Origin: Anthoceros angustus
Lineage: Eukaryota; Plantae; Anthocerotophyta
NCBI GenBank assembly: GCA_010909165.1
Contig: VJWM01000240.1
Span: 62,001-126,000, forward strand
Reading direction: 5' to 3'
DNA length: 64,000 nt
This document shows positions 46,770 to 58,000 of the stretch, piece by piece (position 1 is the first letter of the stretch; each line of letters starts with the position of its first letter). Under the pieces are notes generated by a model that worked only from the letters and a program-made list of their open reading frames with translations, had not been told where the DNA came from and ran no database searches. The translations under genes were made by a program, and so were the position numbers.

Positions 46770-47665
46770 AGGGTGCCCCGATTAGTAGCAGAGCGAAGGG
46801 AATTTCCTCCCAAATCTCCCTCGGTGGTGAGGGAGTTCATTCCAGCCGGGTGGTATCCAGCATATATACCCTCCAAGTCATCCTGCTCTGACCTCCGCCC
46901 GTCCCTTGCATCCGTTGCTGCCTTGGTGTTGTCCCCTTATTCTTCCTCCTCCCTTCCGGCCATGGGTAGGTGGGTCAGCCCCCGCCGGAGCGCGCATTCC
47001 TCCTCACGTTCTTTGAGGAGGTTGTGGTGCCCCCCGACATGTAGGATGAAGGGGGATAGCCCCGACGGAGGGGGTTGCTCCTGGTGCAGCTTCTGCGCCT
47101 CCTGTTCCACCCGAGCGAAAATGATATGACCTCAGTCCGCCCGCTTGCCCCTCATGAGTGCATGCAGAAACAGCACGACATTGTCCCCCAGCTGGTCCAC
47201 CTTGGTCAGTATGTGCCAGCGGACCATAACCTTTGCAATGGCCTTGACCCTTCGGTCCTTCAAGTCTGACATCGACCATCCATTGGAGGACCTCTACGCG
47301 TCCACTCTCAGGAGCACTGTCTTGGCAGCCTCTAGCTTCTTCTTGCCCCAAAGCGGTTTGGGCACTACTTCTCCTATCTCCTCCACTGGGCAATCGTATA
47401 CCGACCAGAGCGCTTCTACCATCCAGCGCCTGGGTTCCTCCCGTAGGCTCTTGGAGCGGACAACCTTGTTCGGCGCTGCCAGTAGCTTCTGGGCATACTC
47501 CTGGACCAACGCCACACTATTGTAGGTCCATACCGCCTGAAATACATCAAGGCGGCACTCCTGCACAAGTTCTCCCGCTTCCTCCAGCCATGGCCTGAAG
47601 TCCGGGTAGCGCTTGGTGGTGATGTTCTTCTCCACCATTGTCCAAGGTGTAAGGGCTTCCGCCAT
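46770..47665 (-). pseudogene. Retroelement-associated ORF of unknown function, disrupted
   Basis: Protein-like 123-aa ORF 47294-47665. Coding-like charged sequence continues past its stop. It adjoins the repeat array. Confidence 0.35.
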
Positions 47666-47905
47666 CGTCTTCTTCGGCCCGAGTCGCGTGTCGCTCGGAG
47701 AGAAGCCCTCGCGCTGTCACTCCTCCTTCTTGCTGAGTAGTTTTCTAATCGAAAATGAAACGATTTAACCAATTAATACAAGTCAAGTGAAAAGAAAGCC
47801 TTCAACTCAATTAGGCTATAATAGTTTTTAGTTATAGTAATATAAAAAATAACAAAGAACGTTTTACCTACTTTTAACAAAGCAAGCCCTTATCAAAATA
47901 TAGAT

Positions 47906-47981
47906 CTCCTCAGGTGGGATTTGATGAGGTCAGATCACAATCGGTTAACTGCCGACCGCTCTACCACTGAGCTACTGAGGC
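47906..47981 (-). pseudogene. trnN: Organelle-type (plastid-like) tRNA-Asn(GUU) pseudogene
   Basis: The minus strand reads CCTCAGTAGCTCAGTGGTAGAGCGGTCGGCAGTTAACCGATTG...AATCCCACCTGAGGAG. The acceptor, D and anticodon arms match plastid trnN-GUU as recalled. U33 is changed to A and the GGTTCG of the T arm is replaced. Confidence 0.75.
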
Positions 47982-48046
47982 AATCAGAGGTTACATTAGT
48001 AGATCTAGATATAGGGACGAAAGGGGGCTCTTAACCGAAGAGCTAG

Positions 48047-48703
48047 TGTCGCACAAGGTAAGCACTTGAATTCGTATTAGCACTTCCTCAACCAACAGCC
48101 AAGCAAACAAATCTAATACGCAGATATATAGGTGCAAACCAATATGATCTATGATCTCGTGTGCGTACGCTAGATAGGCCGTGCTAGGCTTAGTGTGATG
48201 CTAGGCGATGCTGTAACAACAGGAGGGAGTAGCTCGCACATCGTGGCACAAACACACTCTCCCCACGAGAACAATCGCTCTCGGAGTCATAGCTTTGGCC
48301 TCCTCACAACACCCTTGCATTGCATATCTAGAGGACAAGCTATGATCTGAGCTTGTCCTCAATGGAAGGGTCTATATATACTAGACCCTGGCATCGGCAC
48401 ATTCCTAAGATATCCTATTGGCATCAGCATGTGCCAGAAATATCCTAAGAATACACTATAATATGCAAGGAATATGCCAAAGCATATTACTTTGAGCTTA
48501 TCCACTTAGCTATTGTATCCTAAGAATACACTATAATATGCAAGGAATATGCCAAAGCATATTACTTGAGCTTATCCACTTAGCTATTGCTAACCATGTT
48601 TAATTAACACTAACCATGCTTAATTAACATAACACTTTAGATTAATTAATACTAATTACTTTCTTAAAGATAAGTAATTAGATTAATTAATGCTAATCAA
48701 ACA
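48047..48703 (-). mobile_element. Probable solo LTR with an internal 75-bp duplication
   Basis: TGT...ACA ends, CTATATATAC at ~48372 and a duplicated block at 48441-48589. The TSD is not convincing. Confidence 0.4.
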
Positions 48704-48793
48704 CTAAACCCAAGTGCAGAGATTAGTACCACACGGCATGACACTAGATTAACCAGGCGGCGGTGTCTACATGCCCACTCCGTGAGGTGGATG

Positions 48794-49028
48794 GTGTGTC
48801 CTGGAGCTTCAATGCACTGTGGTGATGGTGCCTCAGCGGCATGTGTCCTGGAGCTTCAATGCACTGTGGTGATGGTGCCTCAGCGGCATGTGTCCTGGAG
48901 CTTCAATGCACTGTGGTGATGGTGCCTCAGCGGCATGTGTCCTGGAGCTTCAATGCACTGTGGTGATGGTGCCTCAGCGGCATGTGTCCTGGAGCTTCAA
49001 TGCACTGTGGTGATGGTGCCTCAGCGGC
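48794..49028. repeat. 47-bp near-perfect minisatellite, 5 copies
   Basis: ATGTGTCCTGGAGCTTCAATGCACTGTGGTGATGGTGCCTCAGCGGC at 48841, 48888, 48935 and 48982; the first copy at 48794 differs only at its first base. Confidence 0.97.
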
Positions 49029-49539
49029 AGAAGAGTGAGCGCCAAAGAGCAAGGTGTTGAAGCACAAGGGAGTGAAAAAACTGCCAAGATACGAAAGTTG
49101 GGTGACGCTTCCTTTTCCGAGATGCAGCGCAGTGAGCGTAATCGCTGCGCGGGAACGTGTCATTTTGCGTCCAGTAACATCCGTCCACCTGCATCTCGTA
49201 CTGCACTTTCTCGCCCTACCGTCGCCTGGCACCTGTCCCTGGGTCATTAACGCCGCCCTAAACTACTTATAACGGCTTCTTGCCAGACTGTGGCCTTGAC
49301 CGTTTGCATGTCGGGCAGGCCCCCCACTGTCGTCCACATATCCATCCTTCCTTACTTACGGTCCATGCCTCCGGACTTGCCTTTCTCGCGGCCACTGGAC
49401 CTCCTCCGGACTTACTCCAGTTTGTTCCCCAACGGAGTCGCGCCGGCGAGTTTGGCCCAAAAGGGCCTTATTGTCCAAGCTTCCCCCTATTTAGCATACC
49501 AAACTTCGAACAAATAAAATAAAACCACTATGAAACCAA

Positions 49540-51090
49540 CTCGGGGGAGGTCAAAGCATAACGTCTCTCCTCTACAAGAGGGCACCCCCTAAGGGATTCC
49601 CTTGCCTCATGCCGATCGCCAAGTCCAGCATAGTATCCCCTTTCTTAGATGGTCCGTGCTCAAAGTAGAGGTAGACGGGAAACCATAGAAAGAGTGCTAG
49701 CGGATGAAAGGAATAAGACTTGCTAGGTGCCTACCTGCATCCTTGAGGTCTATGAAAATTGCTGTCCTAAAAAGCGTGTTGATAGCGTTGTCGACGTCGA
49801 CCTTGTTGGCAACCCAATCTTGATGTGACTCTAGAACCGCTGTGATACCAAATGCGGCCGACTCATAACCCCCCCCCGACTAGCAATTTCAAATTGGTGG
49901 AGGCAAATTGGCCTGGAACAGCTCCCGAAGCTGGAAGGGTGTCCCCATCTTCCTCCACATTGCGGCATTCGGGTGGAAGGGTGTCTGCATCTTCCTCCAC
50001 ATGTTTATCATGGGAAAGATCATAGACTGTCCTAGACATACCACCCAAAGAAAGCCGTGGGGCAAGTGTAAGAGCCCTACCGAAGATCCCCTTGTCAAGA
50101 CAAAAAGACTCCTCCAGCACATAATCCAGGGTATCCTGTGGAATGAGGTCATCTCGGGCTGAATGAAGGGCACGGAGCACAGAGATGGTGTCCTCGGAGG
50201 CTGGCGCCACTAGCTCCGGGCAAAGTGCCCAGGCAACCCTGAAGTATTCCCCTGCATGGCCTAGCAAGAGACACCTCTTGAGCCGCGTCTTGGCGAGGTC
50301 CTGACAGACCTGATCCACCTTGGCAGCTTGTAGCCTAGATCTCGCTACGTGCCCCCCTCCTCCTGCAGAGCTTCCCAGTCCTCGGCTCGGAATCGATGGA
50401 GACGAGATGCCACCTCCCTATGACCGGAAGAACCAACCCTGGAGCGACGAAGACACCACCGTAGAAGAAAAAGGAACAAAGTCCATGCTGCCTCGTTACC
50501 GGGGTCCAGCGCAAGGCGATCCAGAGGGAGCCGGTAGGCAAGGCAAACGTTGTTATGCAGGCGCCTCGGGAGACGCCGAAAAAGGTGGGTCCCGGAAAGC
50601 GCACTTCGAACAGGGTGAACAGATGATCCAATTGCATTCGCAACTACTGCTAGGATCTGGGGTCGGGCGGAGGAAAGCATCCAAACTTGGAGCCAAATGT
50701 ACAACCCACTTGAAAAAGCAAGCCTCACCTGAGCCTCCCAGGTGGTTCGGTTGAAGTCCTTGTGTTTGTGCCCAATGTGACATTTCACCTCTTTGACCCC
50801 ACAACACCGCTCAGCGTAGACTGGGCAGGGGGTGTCCTTGATTGCGGCTGAAGGAGTGGACTACACTATAGGGGAGAGCGCAGGAACAAACGAGAATGGC
50901 ACGATTCAGGGAACCACTTGTGGACGACTGTCCAAGGGTGTCATGGTCGAGGGGGCACTGGGTGCCAAGGACCCCGAGAACCCGAACCAAGTAAGAGGAG
51001 GGTCGAAGGAGCAAGAGACCCCGAACCAAGTAAGAGGAGGGTCGAAGGAGCAAGAGACCCCGAACCGAGGTCTCTACATATCTAAATGGT
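49540..51090 (-). mobile_element. CRE/SLACS-type non-LTR retrotransposon, 5' and RT relic
   Basis: RT motifs DVDNAINTL and GMRQGNPLGGAL (~49580-49800), with upstream AWTLFLFLLRWCL...RLHRFRAEDWEAL and AGEYFRVAWAL...TISVLRALH. 36- and 39-bp internal duplications. Frameshifted. Confidence 0.7.
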
Positions 51091-52050
51091 TGCACATGCT
51101 TGTCCGTTGTACCGTTTAACGAAAAAAATAGCTAAAAAATGTGCAATGTGGCATGTCCTGCAAGCATGTGTTCAGCGGAATATTTAGCGTGGGAGCTCTT
51201 GTTGATGAATCGTCAGTAGCATCCCATGGAGGCAGTACTGTGCAGATTCATCATAAGTTGGCGACTTTGTGTAAAGTTTCCGGCAAAGTCACAGGTGGGT
51301 CCGACGGATATGTCTGAGGGTGGGCCGGGCCTCGCTTAGGGATCGTATCATCCACCCACGTTTCCTCAAGCCGGTAGTCGCAAAGACCATGATCCTACGA
51401 CAAGTTGCGGATTTGCACATGGCAGCGGCCTCTCGCAGATGTGGATGACATTTCGTCTGAGAGCGAGTTTTCCGCTGTCCCCTGAGATAGAAAACAGAAC
51501 GTCTGGACAAGAGGGTTGCATGATGCATCCCTTGTTTTACCCCGACCGTGCCATGGCTCCACAAAGCACGGCGAGCGAAAGGCCACCGTACCCGAGCTGG
51601 ACCACACAATTGTTCCCTCCATCACCACGCCATGTTCTTTTAGTGCCGACTGTGGAGCACACTTGCAGGCCTGGCTGCGGGAAGTACTCTCACTCGAGGA
51701 TGGACAGTTCCCAATGCCCACAACACAGCACCATGAATGGCCCTGGTCTACAGTAGCCTGATATGAGAGGGGGGTCTCACGTGTGGGAGGATATCACGTC
51801 ACCCAACAGCCTTGCCATGTACATACATCCTCTGGATGTAGCTGTTGCATACAGCAGGCTCAGCTGATGAGGGTGGTGCATGCAATCAGTTGACGCAACA
51901 GCTGCTGCTGAGCAGTGGAAGGAGAAGGAAAAGGAAGAGGAAGAGGAAAAGCCCACACCCTGATGAAGGAGAATCAAAAGCATCACCACCATCAGCAGCT
52001 GGAGTTGGAGCAGGAGCAGGAGCTGGAGGTAAAGTCGGAGTGTGGGTGCA

Positions 52051-53469
52051 ATGTGCGATAGTCTGTTGCAGCCTGCGAGACATGGCAGGGACTGGTGTGT
52101 GATAGAGGATGCGATGGAGGGAGAGGTGGGAGAGAGCCTGGGGGAGCAGCTGGAGCCCTTCCAGCCGGGGGCTGGAGGGAGCGGGAGGATGGAGTGGGGG
52201 GATCATGGGACCAGGAGGCAGAGGCAGTGGGTGTCGCAGAATTCGAGGAACGGGGGTGTTGGGTTGGCTCAGGCTCCCTGGAAGGCCCGGGGAGGATCGA
52301 GAGCGGGGCATGGATTGCAGCGGGAGAGGGAGAGCTCGAGCTCGGCCCTGCCCGGGCCGGCGGAGGAGGTATTTGGGAGCTCGGACGAGGAGGAGATGGA
52401 AGGGGCGGAGTGGCTGGAGGAGGGGAGGGTGGGAAGGCCCGGGAGGCTGTGGGCTCCGCTCTCGCAGGGTGAGGGATCTTTGGAGCAAGCGGTGCAGCGG
52501 GGGCCGTACTGGGACCTCTCCTTCGACAAGCGATTGCAGGCGAGAGTGTATCGGTTCCAGATGTGTTGCAAGCGGCTGCGGGAGGTGATCGGCAGCGCGG
52601 ATGCTTCGCGGTCCCGGGGCGTGCTGGACACCATCGAGAGGGTGCAGAATGAGAGCGCCCAGATGGCGATATTCATGGAGGGGAGGGCGGCGATTGTGGC
52701 CAAGGCCAGATCGATGAGGAGCGGGAGCGGAGATGGAGAAGGTGCGGAGAAGGAGGGGGATGTTGGTTGTGGAGGTGGAGGTGGGGAGAAGAGTACCTCA
52801 CTGGCGCAGATGAGGGTGGCGGAGATGGAGCACGAGGAGAAGGTGATGAGGAAGTTGCTGTCGGAGAAGGATAGGGCTATTGCTTTCGCCACTTCGGAGA
52901 TGAGGAAGATGCAGGCTGAGAGGCATAAGCTGGAGGCGGAGATGAAGAAGGTGCAGTGCGAGAAGGACAGGGCGACTGCGCTGGCCAATATCGAGATGAG
53001 GAAGATGCAGGCTGAGAGGGATAGGGTTGAAGGGGAGGTGAGGAAGCTGCAGGCTGAGAAGGAGAGGGTGGAGGAGGAGGCGAGTGCCAGGGTGAAGGAG
53101 CTGGAGGATGAGAGGGATAAGATGGAGGCGGAGGCGGAGGCGAATGTTAAAAAATGGGAGGCTGAGAAGAAGATCATGGTGTCGGATGCCATGGCTGCGC
53201 TCAAGGTTGTGCAGGCTAAGGCGCAGGTGGAGATTGAGCAGGCCGTGCGTGTGAAGAACGAGCTCAGAGCGAAGCTGGAGGTTGAAGTGGCTGCAAGGGG
53301 GCAGGAGCTGGCTTGCAAAATATGCTTTTCGGCTCCCAGGAATGTGGTGTTGCTACCTTGCTTCCATGGCCATTACTGCTCCTTGTGCATTGATACACAT
53401 CGGAGGAAAAGCGCCACGTGTCCTGTTTGTAGGACTTACATCAGTGGAACAGTCCCCTATACAGCTTGA
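52051..53469 (+). CDS. Coiled-coil protein with C-terminal RING-HC (zf-C3HC4_3, IAP/BOI-type), putative E3 ligase
   Basis: CKICFSAPRNVVLLPCFHGHYCSLCIDTHRRKSATCPVCR follows ~180 aa of E/K/M heptads. The start is uncertain; a possible upstream exon is 51963-52028. Confidence 0.85.
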   Translation: MCDSLLQPARHGRDWCVIEDAMEGEVGESLGEQLEPFQPGAGGSGRMEWGDHGTRRQRQWVSQNSRNGGVGLAQAPWKARGGSRAGHGLQRERESSSSALPGPAEEVFGSSDEEEMEGAEWLEEGRVGRPGRLWAPLSQGEGSLEQAVQRGPYWDLSFDKRLQARVYRFQMCCKRLREVIGSADASRSRGVLDTIERVQNESAQMAIFMEGRAAIVAKARSMRSGSGDGEGAEKEGDVGCGGGGGEKSTSLAQMRVAEMEHEEKVMRKLLSEKDRAIAFATSEMRKMQAERHKLEAEMKKVQCEKDRATALANIEMRKMQAERDRVEGEVRKLQAEKERVEEEASARVKELEDERDKMEAEAEANVKKWEAEKKIMVSDAMAALKVVQAKAQVEIEQAVRVKNELRAKLEVEVAARGQELACKICFSAPRNVVLLPCFHGHYCSLCIDTHRRKSATCPVCRTYISGTVPYTA

Positions 53470-54211
53470 GCCTACCGTCTCCGAGATGCTAGCTCACCTT
53501 TGACCAGACCCATCTCTTGAGAAGGTTGCATCCGGCCACTGACTGATCTCCTGATGCCAACATCCTTCTGGCTTCTACTGTACGGACCATGGCAGACACT
53601 TGAGGCAGGTTGCCGATGATCCTTTCTGCAATAATGGCTCAAAATCCTCTGCTGGAAGGGGTAGGGGGGAACAAACACCGCCTTGGAGCTCAGAGTAGCT
53701 GCCATGGCAGCTGCTCCTGCCTTTGAGAAGGCTGAGGTTGTTCTCTCTTGCCAGGAATGTGCTGTCGAAGAACCCATGTTCGGCATGATGTTGATGTTCT
53801 GCCATGCTCTCGATATGAAAGTAAAATCTGTTCCACTGTTCCATCTTCCACACAGGTTTGTCGCTGGAATCTTGTCCTGTCCTCCCCATTTCACCGTCTT
53901 CTGCAGTGTCCTCAGCCCGTAAATCAACCAACTTCCTTGAGCAGACTGTGAGGACGGGAACACCGGCAGGCATTGTATGTGTTCGAACTTCTCTGCCGCC
54001 GGCCGTCACGACGTTAACAAGAGTATGTCCATAAGTATCAGCACGTCGTCAGCAGTCGTGACTGGAATGTGTCGACGGCTTTAGGTTGTACCGGCAATGC
54101 TGCAATCCGCTGGCGCGTGTTGCATTCTGTCCGTCCTGTGGCGGGCAGGCAATGTGGCTGCTCGGGGGATGCACAGCCAGGTGCTGGGGTTGTGTCTGAT
54201 CCACAACAGCT

Positions 54212-56524
54212 ATGGCAACCCAGCGATTGAAGCGAGAACGGGAGGAATTTGAAGATGGCAGTTTCCCCGTGGGTTCCTTCTTCTCACCGCCAGCCCCCTC
54301 GAGCGACACAATCGCTTCCCCTTGTGATTGGAAGCGGTCGAGGATTCACACCGGTGTAGTTGCAAGGCAGAAGGAACTGCTGGGCGGGAGATGGGAGGGT
54401 TCTCCGCGGAACGTGCCGGGGAACCCGGTGCAGCTCAATTCGACTGTGGAGGAGCGTGGTGCGAAGCACACCATCCTGGTGGAGGCTTGTGGAAATGCTG
54501 GGGAGGCTGCTCTCCAGCTCAATTTTGTTGAGGAGGGAAAGTTGCAGCACGAAATGGAGCTGGTGGTGGAGAAGGAGGAGGAGGAGATGGAGGAGGACGG
54601 GGAGAAGTTCTTGTATCGGAAATCAGCGCAGGAGGAGGGAATGCTGTTGTATGAGGAGCTATTGCGGACAATTTTGCGTCGGTTTGTGCAATGTTCCAGA
54701 GCTTTTCTTGACGCTGTGGATAGGCCGGAAGCATTGGAGTCGGTTGACGTTGTGAATTGCGTGGTTCTTGAAATGCAAGCTGAGGTGAACAAGCACTCGG
54801 AGTGTCTGCTCAGTAGAATGTTGCAATTGCAGGCTAGGAAGGCAGAGGTGGAGAGGAAGAAAGTGCAGGAGATGCTCCAGGTTGAGGTTGCTAGGGTGGA
54901 GGAGATGAAGAGGCTGCGGGATGAGAGGGACTGGATGGAGAGGGAGAGGGATCGAATGGAGGAAGAGTTGGCAAAGATGGAGGTTGAGAAGGAGGGGCTG
55001 GAGGTGGAGAGGGATCGGATGGAGGAAGAGAGGGACAAGATGGAAGTTGAGAAGGAGAGGATGGCAGTTGAGGTAGGAAGGATGGAGGTGGAGGTGAGCA
55101 AGGCGGAAAATGAGAAAGAGAGGATGGAGGTTGAGAGGGATAGAATGGAGGTTGAGAAGGAGAAGATGGAAGGTGAGCGAGACCAGATGCAGGCGGAGAG
55201 GGACCAGACTCGGCGTGAGAGGGATGCGATGGAGGCTAAAGCTCGCAGCATCTACAAGCAGATGGAGGTGGAGAAGGGAATAGCAAGGGCGAAGTGGCTG
55301 GAGCTCAAGGCTGAGAGGGATGAGATGGAGGCTCTGTTGCCGAAGGTGAACGCCGAGATGATGCAAATCGAGGCTGACTTGGCTAGGAAGGAGGCTGAGA
55401 GGGTGCGCATGGAGGCCGAGCGTGACAGGTTGAAGGCTGAGAGAGACGAAATGGAAGCTCAGAGAGATCAGATGGGGGCCAAGGCGGATGAAATGGATCG
55501 AAGGATGGCTGTGCTGGGAGCATGGAAACGGGAGATGGAGGTTGAGTTGATACAGAATAAGGAAGAGATGGTTCAGATAAAGGCTGCTTTGGTCAAGGAG
55601 GAGGTTGGGATGGTGAGCATGCAGGCCGAGCGTGACAAAATGCAGGCTGAGATAGCCGAACTTTTAAGGAAGAGAGATGAGATGGCGGCTCTGAGGGATC
55701 AAATGGAAGCTGAGAAGGGGGAGATGGAGGCGTTGTTGAGGGGAATGAAGTCGGAGATGGATCAATTAATGGCTGCCTTGGTTGAGAAGGAGGCCGAGAG
55801 GGAGAAGATGCAGGTCGAGCGTGACAAACTGCAGGCTGAGAGAGACGAAATGGACGCGGAGAAAGAGGAGGTGGAGGGTGCGAGGGACCACCTGGAGAGT
55901 GAGATGGATCGGCTGGAGGTTGAGAGGGACAAGATGGAGGCAGAGAGAAACGAGATGGAGATACAGAAAAACAGGGCAGAGATCGAGAAAGAGAAGATAG
56001 AGCTTGCGAAAGTCAAGCTGGAGAGTGAGTGGCAGGCTGAGAGAGACCAGTTGAAAGCCGAGAAAGATCAGCTGGAGGAAGAGCGGGATCAGATGAAAGT
56101 GGAGTGCGATGAGGCGAACTCTGGCATGGACCGAATCAAGCAGCAAGAGATCGAGAGGATGAACAAGCTCCTGGGTCTCCTGGATGCCCTGAAGAACAAG
56201 CAAGAACTTCAAGAAGCAGCAGCAGCAGCAGAGCGTGCAAGGTTCGAGACGGAGAGAGCCCTCCTGGAAGCTTCAGTCCGTGACGCGGGCTTGGTTGCAG
56301 CAGCAGATCGTCTCAAACTCAAGACCGAGATAGCCAACATGAAAGCTGCAGCCCGTGACGAACTTTTATGCAAAATATGCTTCTGGAGGCCACGCAATGT
56401 CGTGCTGCTGTCCTGTTACCACGCCCAGTACTGCAGCGAATGCATCGACGCTCACCGTAAAACGAGCGGACTTTGTCCCAGCTGCAGTGCTCCCATCCAT
56501 GGATACGTTCCCTACAAAGTATGA
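54212..56524 (+). CDS. Long coiled-coil protein with C-terminal RING-HC, tandem paralogue of 52051-53469
   Basis: 770-aa intronless ORF with ~500 aa of heptad repeats and CKICFWRPRNVVLLSCYHAQYCSECIDAHRKTSGLCPSC..I.G.VPY. Confidence 0.88.
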   Translation: MATQRLKREREEFEDGSFPVGSFFSPPAPSSDTIASPCDWKRSRIHTGVVARQKELLGGRWEGSPRNVPGNPVQLNSTVEERGAKHTILVEACGNAGEAALQLNFVEEGKLQHEMELVVEKEEEEMEEDGEKFLYRKSAQEEGMLLYEELLRTILRRFVQCSRAFLDAVDRPEALESVDVVNCVVLEMQAEVNKHSECLLSRMLQLQARKAEVERKKVQEMLQVEVARVEEMKRLRDERDWMERERDRMEEELAKMEVEKEGLEVERDRMEEERDKMEVEKERMAVEVGRMEVEVSKAENEKERMEVERDRMEVEKEKMEGERDQMQAERDQTRRERDAMEAKARSIYKQMEVEKGIARAKWLELKAERDEMEALLPKVNAEMMQIEADLARKEAERVRMEAERDRLKAERDEMEAQRDQMGAKADEMDRRMAVLGAWKREMEVELIQNKEEMVQIKAALVKEEVGMVSMQAERDKMQAEIAELLRKRDEMAALRDQMEAEKGEMEALLRGMKSEMDQLMAALVEKEAEREKMQVERDKLQAERDEMDAEKEEVEGARDHLESEMDRLEVERDKMEAERNEMEIQKNRAEIEKEKIELAKVKLESEWQAERDQLKAEKDQLEEERDQMKVECDEANSGMDRIKQQEIERMNKLLGLLDALKNKQELQEAAAAAERARFETERALLEASVRDAGLVAAADRLKLKTEIANMKAAARDELLCKICFWRPRNVVLLSCYHAQYCSECIDAHRKTSGLCPSCSAPIHGYVPYKV

Positions 56525-57399
56525 TCGGGACATCAAGGTTGCAACATCGCAGCTTCTGGTTGAGCTTCTTGCAACATCGCCCAACAAATCTCGATTTGGA
56601 AAGTGGATGGCAGAGCCTGCAGCGACGTGAAGAGCATCGACTTCTTCCGTTGGATACATGCTTATACATATATGTTGATGTCGCCTGGGTCTGTGTGTTG
56701 GCACAAAATCCGGGCAGTAAAGTTGGGCTGTTTCCCAACTGTTTATACGCTCATGTCACGTGCTGGCTGGCGAGCTGCAGTTGCCAGCCAGTCGTTCTGT
56801 GTTCAGATGTGGTAAGGACTCCTTATTACACACTACCTTACATGTATGTATGTAGGCGGATCATGGGTTCAGGATGTGAGCTGCCCCTTCCCTCCTGTTT
56901 CTGTTGCGCCTTGAAATTCACAAGACAAGCACACTCCTGTCCCATCTCAGCCACTCTACTGTTTACAGCCAAGTCACTTTGAGACATGTGGTTGAAGGTA
57001 TTAAGACAGTACGTGATTCCCACGGACGATGCATTCCCGTCTTCCTCGCTTTCCGTTCCGACCGGTATTCATTTTTGGTCATGGTTATGTAAGGTCAGTG
57101 AAGCTAATAATGGACTCCTCTCGTTGAAGGTGAGTCCTGTTCTCCTGGAATTGGCTGGGTCACGAGGTCAGAATCCTGGTGATTGCCAGCTCTTTCCTTT
57201 CCTGTGTAGGTAGCTAATCCTTTGATGCAGTTGAACATGTCATCTTTTTTTCACTGTCGTCATTTCTTCCGTTCATGGCTGTTCCCTCACGTCTGAAGTC
57301 ACACGTGGATTTCCACCAGGTTTTGGGTCTGTGTTGCTCATCAAAATTGATTCTGTTCGGCTGCATCAGTCCATTCTCGTCTTGGTGTGTCTCCTGAAA

Positions 57400-58000
57400 G
57401 TCCAAGTTGCAAACTTGAGCGAGGGACATTGTTGATGCCGCTGTACTTCCTGTGCAGAGAACGAGAGAGAATCGCAGGGAACGTTCCAATCAAATGGAGT
57501 TTTCATAACAGTAGATGAACACTGTTTGTGCTTGCACAGAGTACTAATAGTCCGCCATTTCCAGGGTGAATCCAGGCGGTCCCAACGGAGACCATCGCAC
57601 CTGTAGCAGAACCTTGTGCCTTGAGACAGTGGGCGTGGATGCTCCAAGAGAGTGAGATGCCTGAAGGGGAAATCGTTTTCAACATGGATGTTTGAGACTC
57701 TGTGTTGTCCTTCCAGTTCACGGTGTGAGTATGGTCGGTCTGCTTCCCCGACACCGTCGGATCGAGGGATTCCGATTGGGTCGAAGTTGTGGGCAATCTA
57801 GATTATGGTGATCTTCGTGACCATACAGAGCAGCTATTTCCAAACAACCACACAGGTGACAAGCTCTGCCGAGGGGGCCGCAGCTGAAGCAGATCTGCCT
57901 TTTCATTGGCTGGCCGCTGGAAGATGGCCCACAGGACCCTCGGATGAGTTGGTGACCAGATAGAGCAGATAGGAAAACAGAACTGCTTCCTCATGTGGGC
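57400..58000 (-). pseudogene. Degenerate multi-CCHC zinc-knuckle gene relic
   Basis: ICFSCGPLG-RAC, LYGHEDHHNLDCP and FCYRCDGL..DRLDSP occur in different frames. Confidence 0.35.

Noticed and set aside
48794-49028. 47-bp array as a CRISPR array
   Set aside because: The units are contiguous and near-identical with no spacers.
52269-56212. Long Ser/Leu/Phe-rich minus-strand ORFs over the RING genes
   Set aside because: They are the reverse complement of Glu/Lys/Arg/Met heptad codons, not independent genes.
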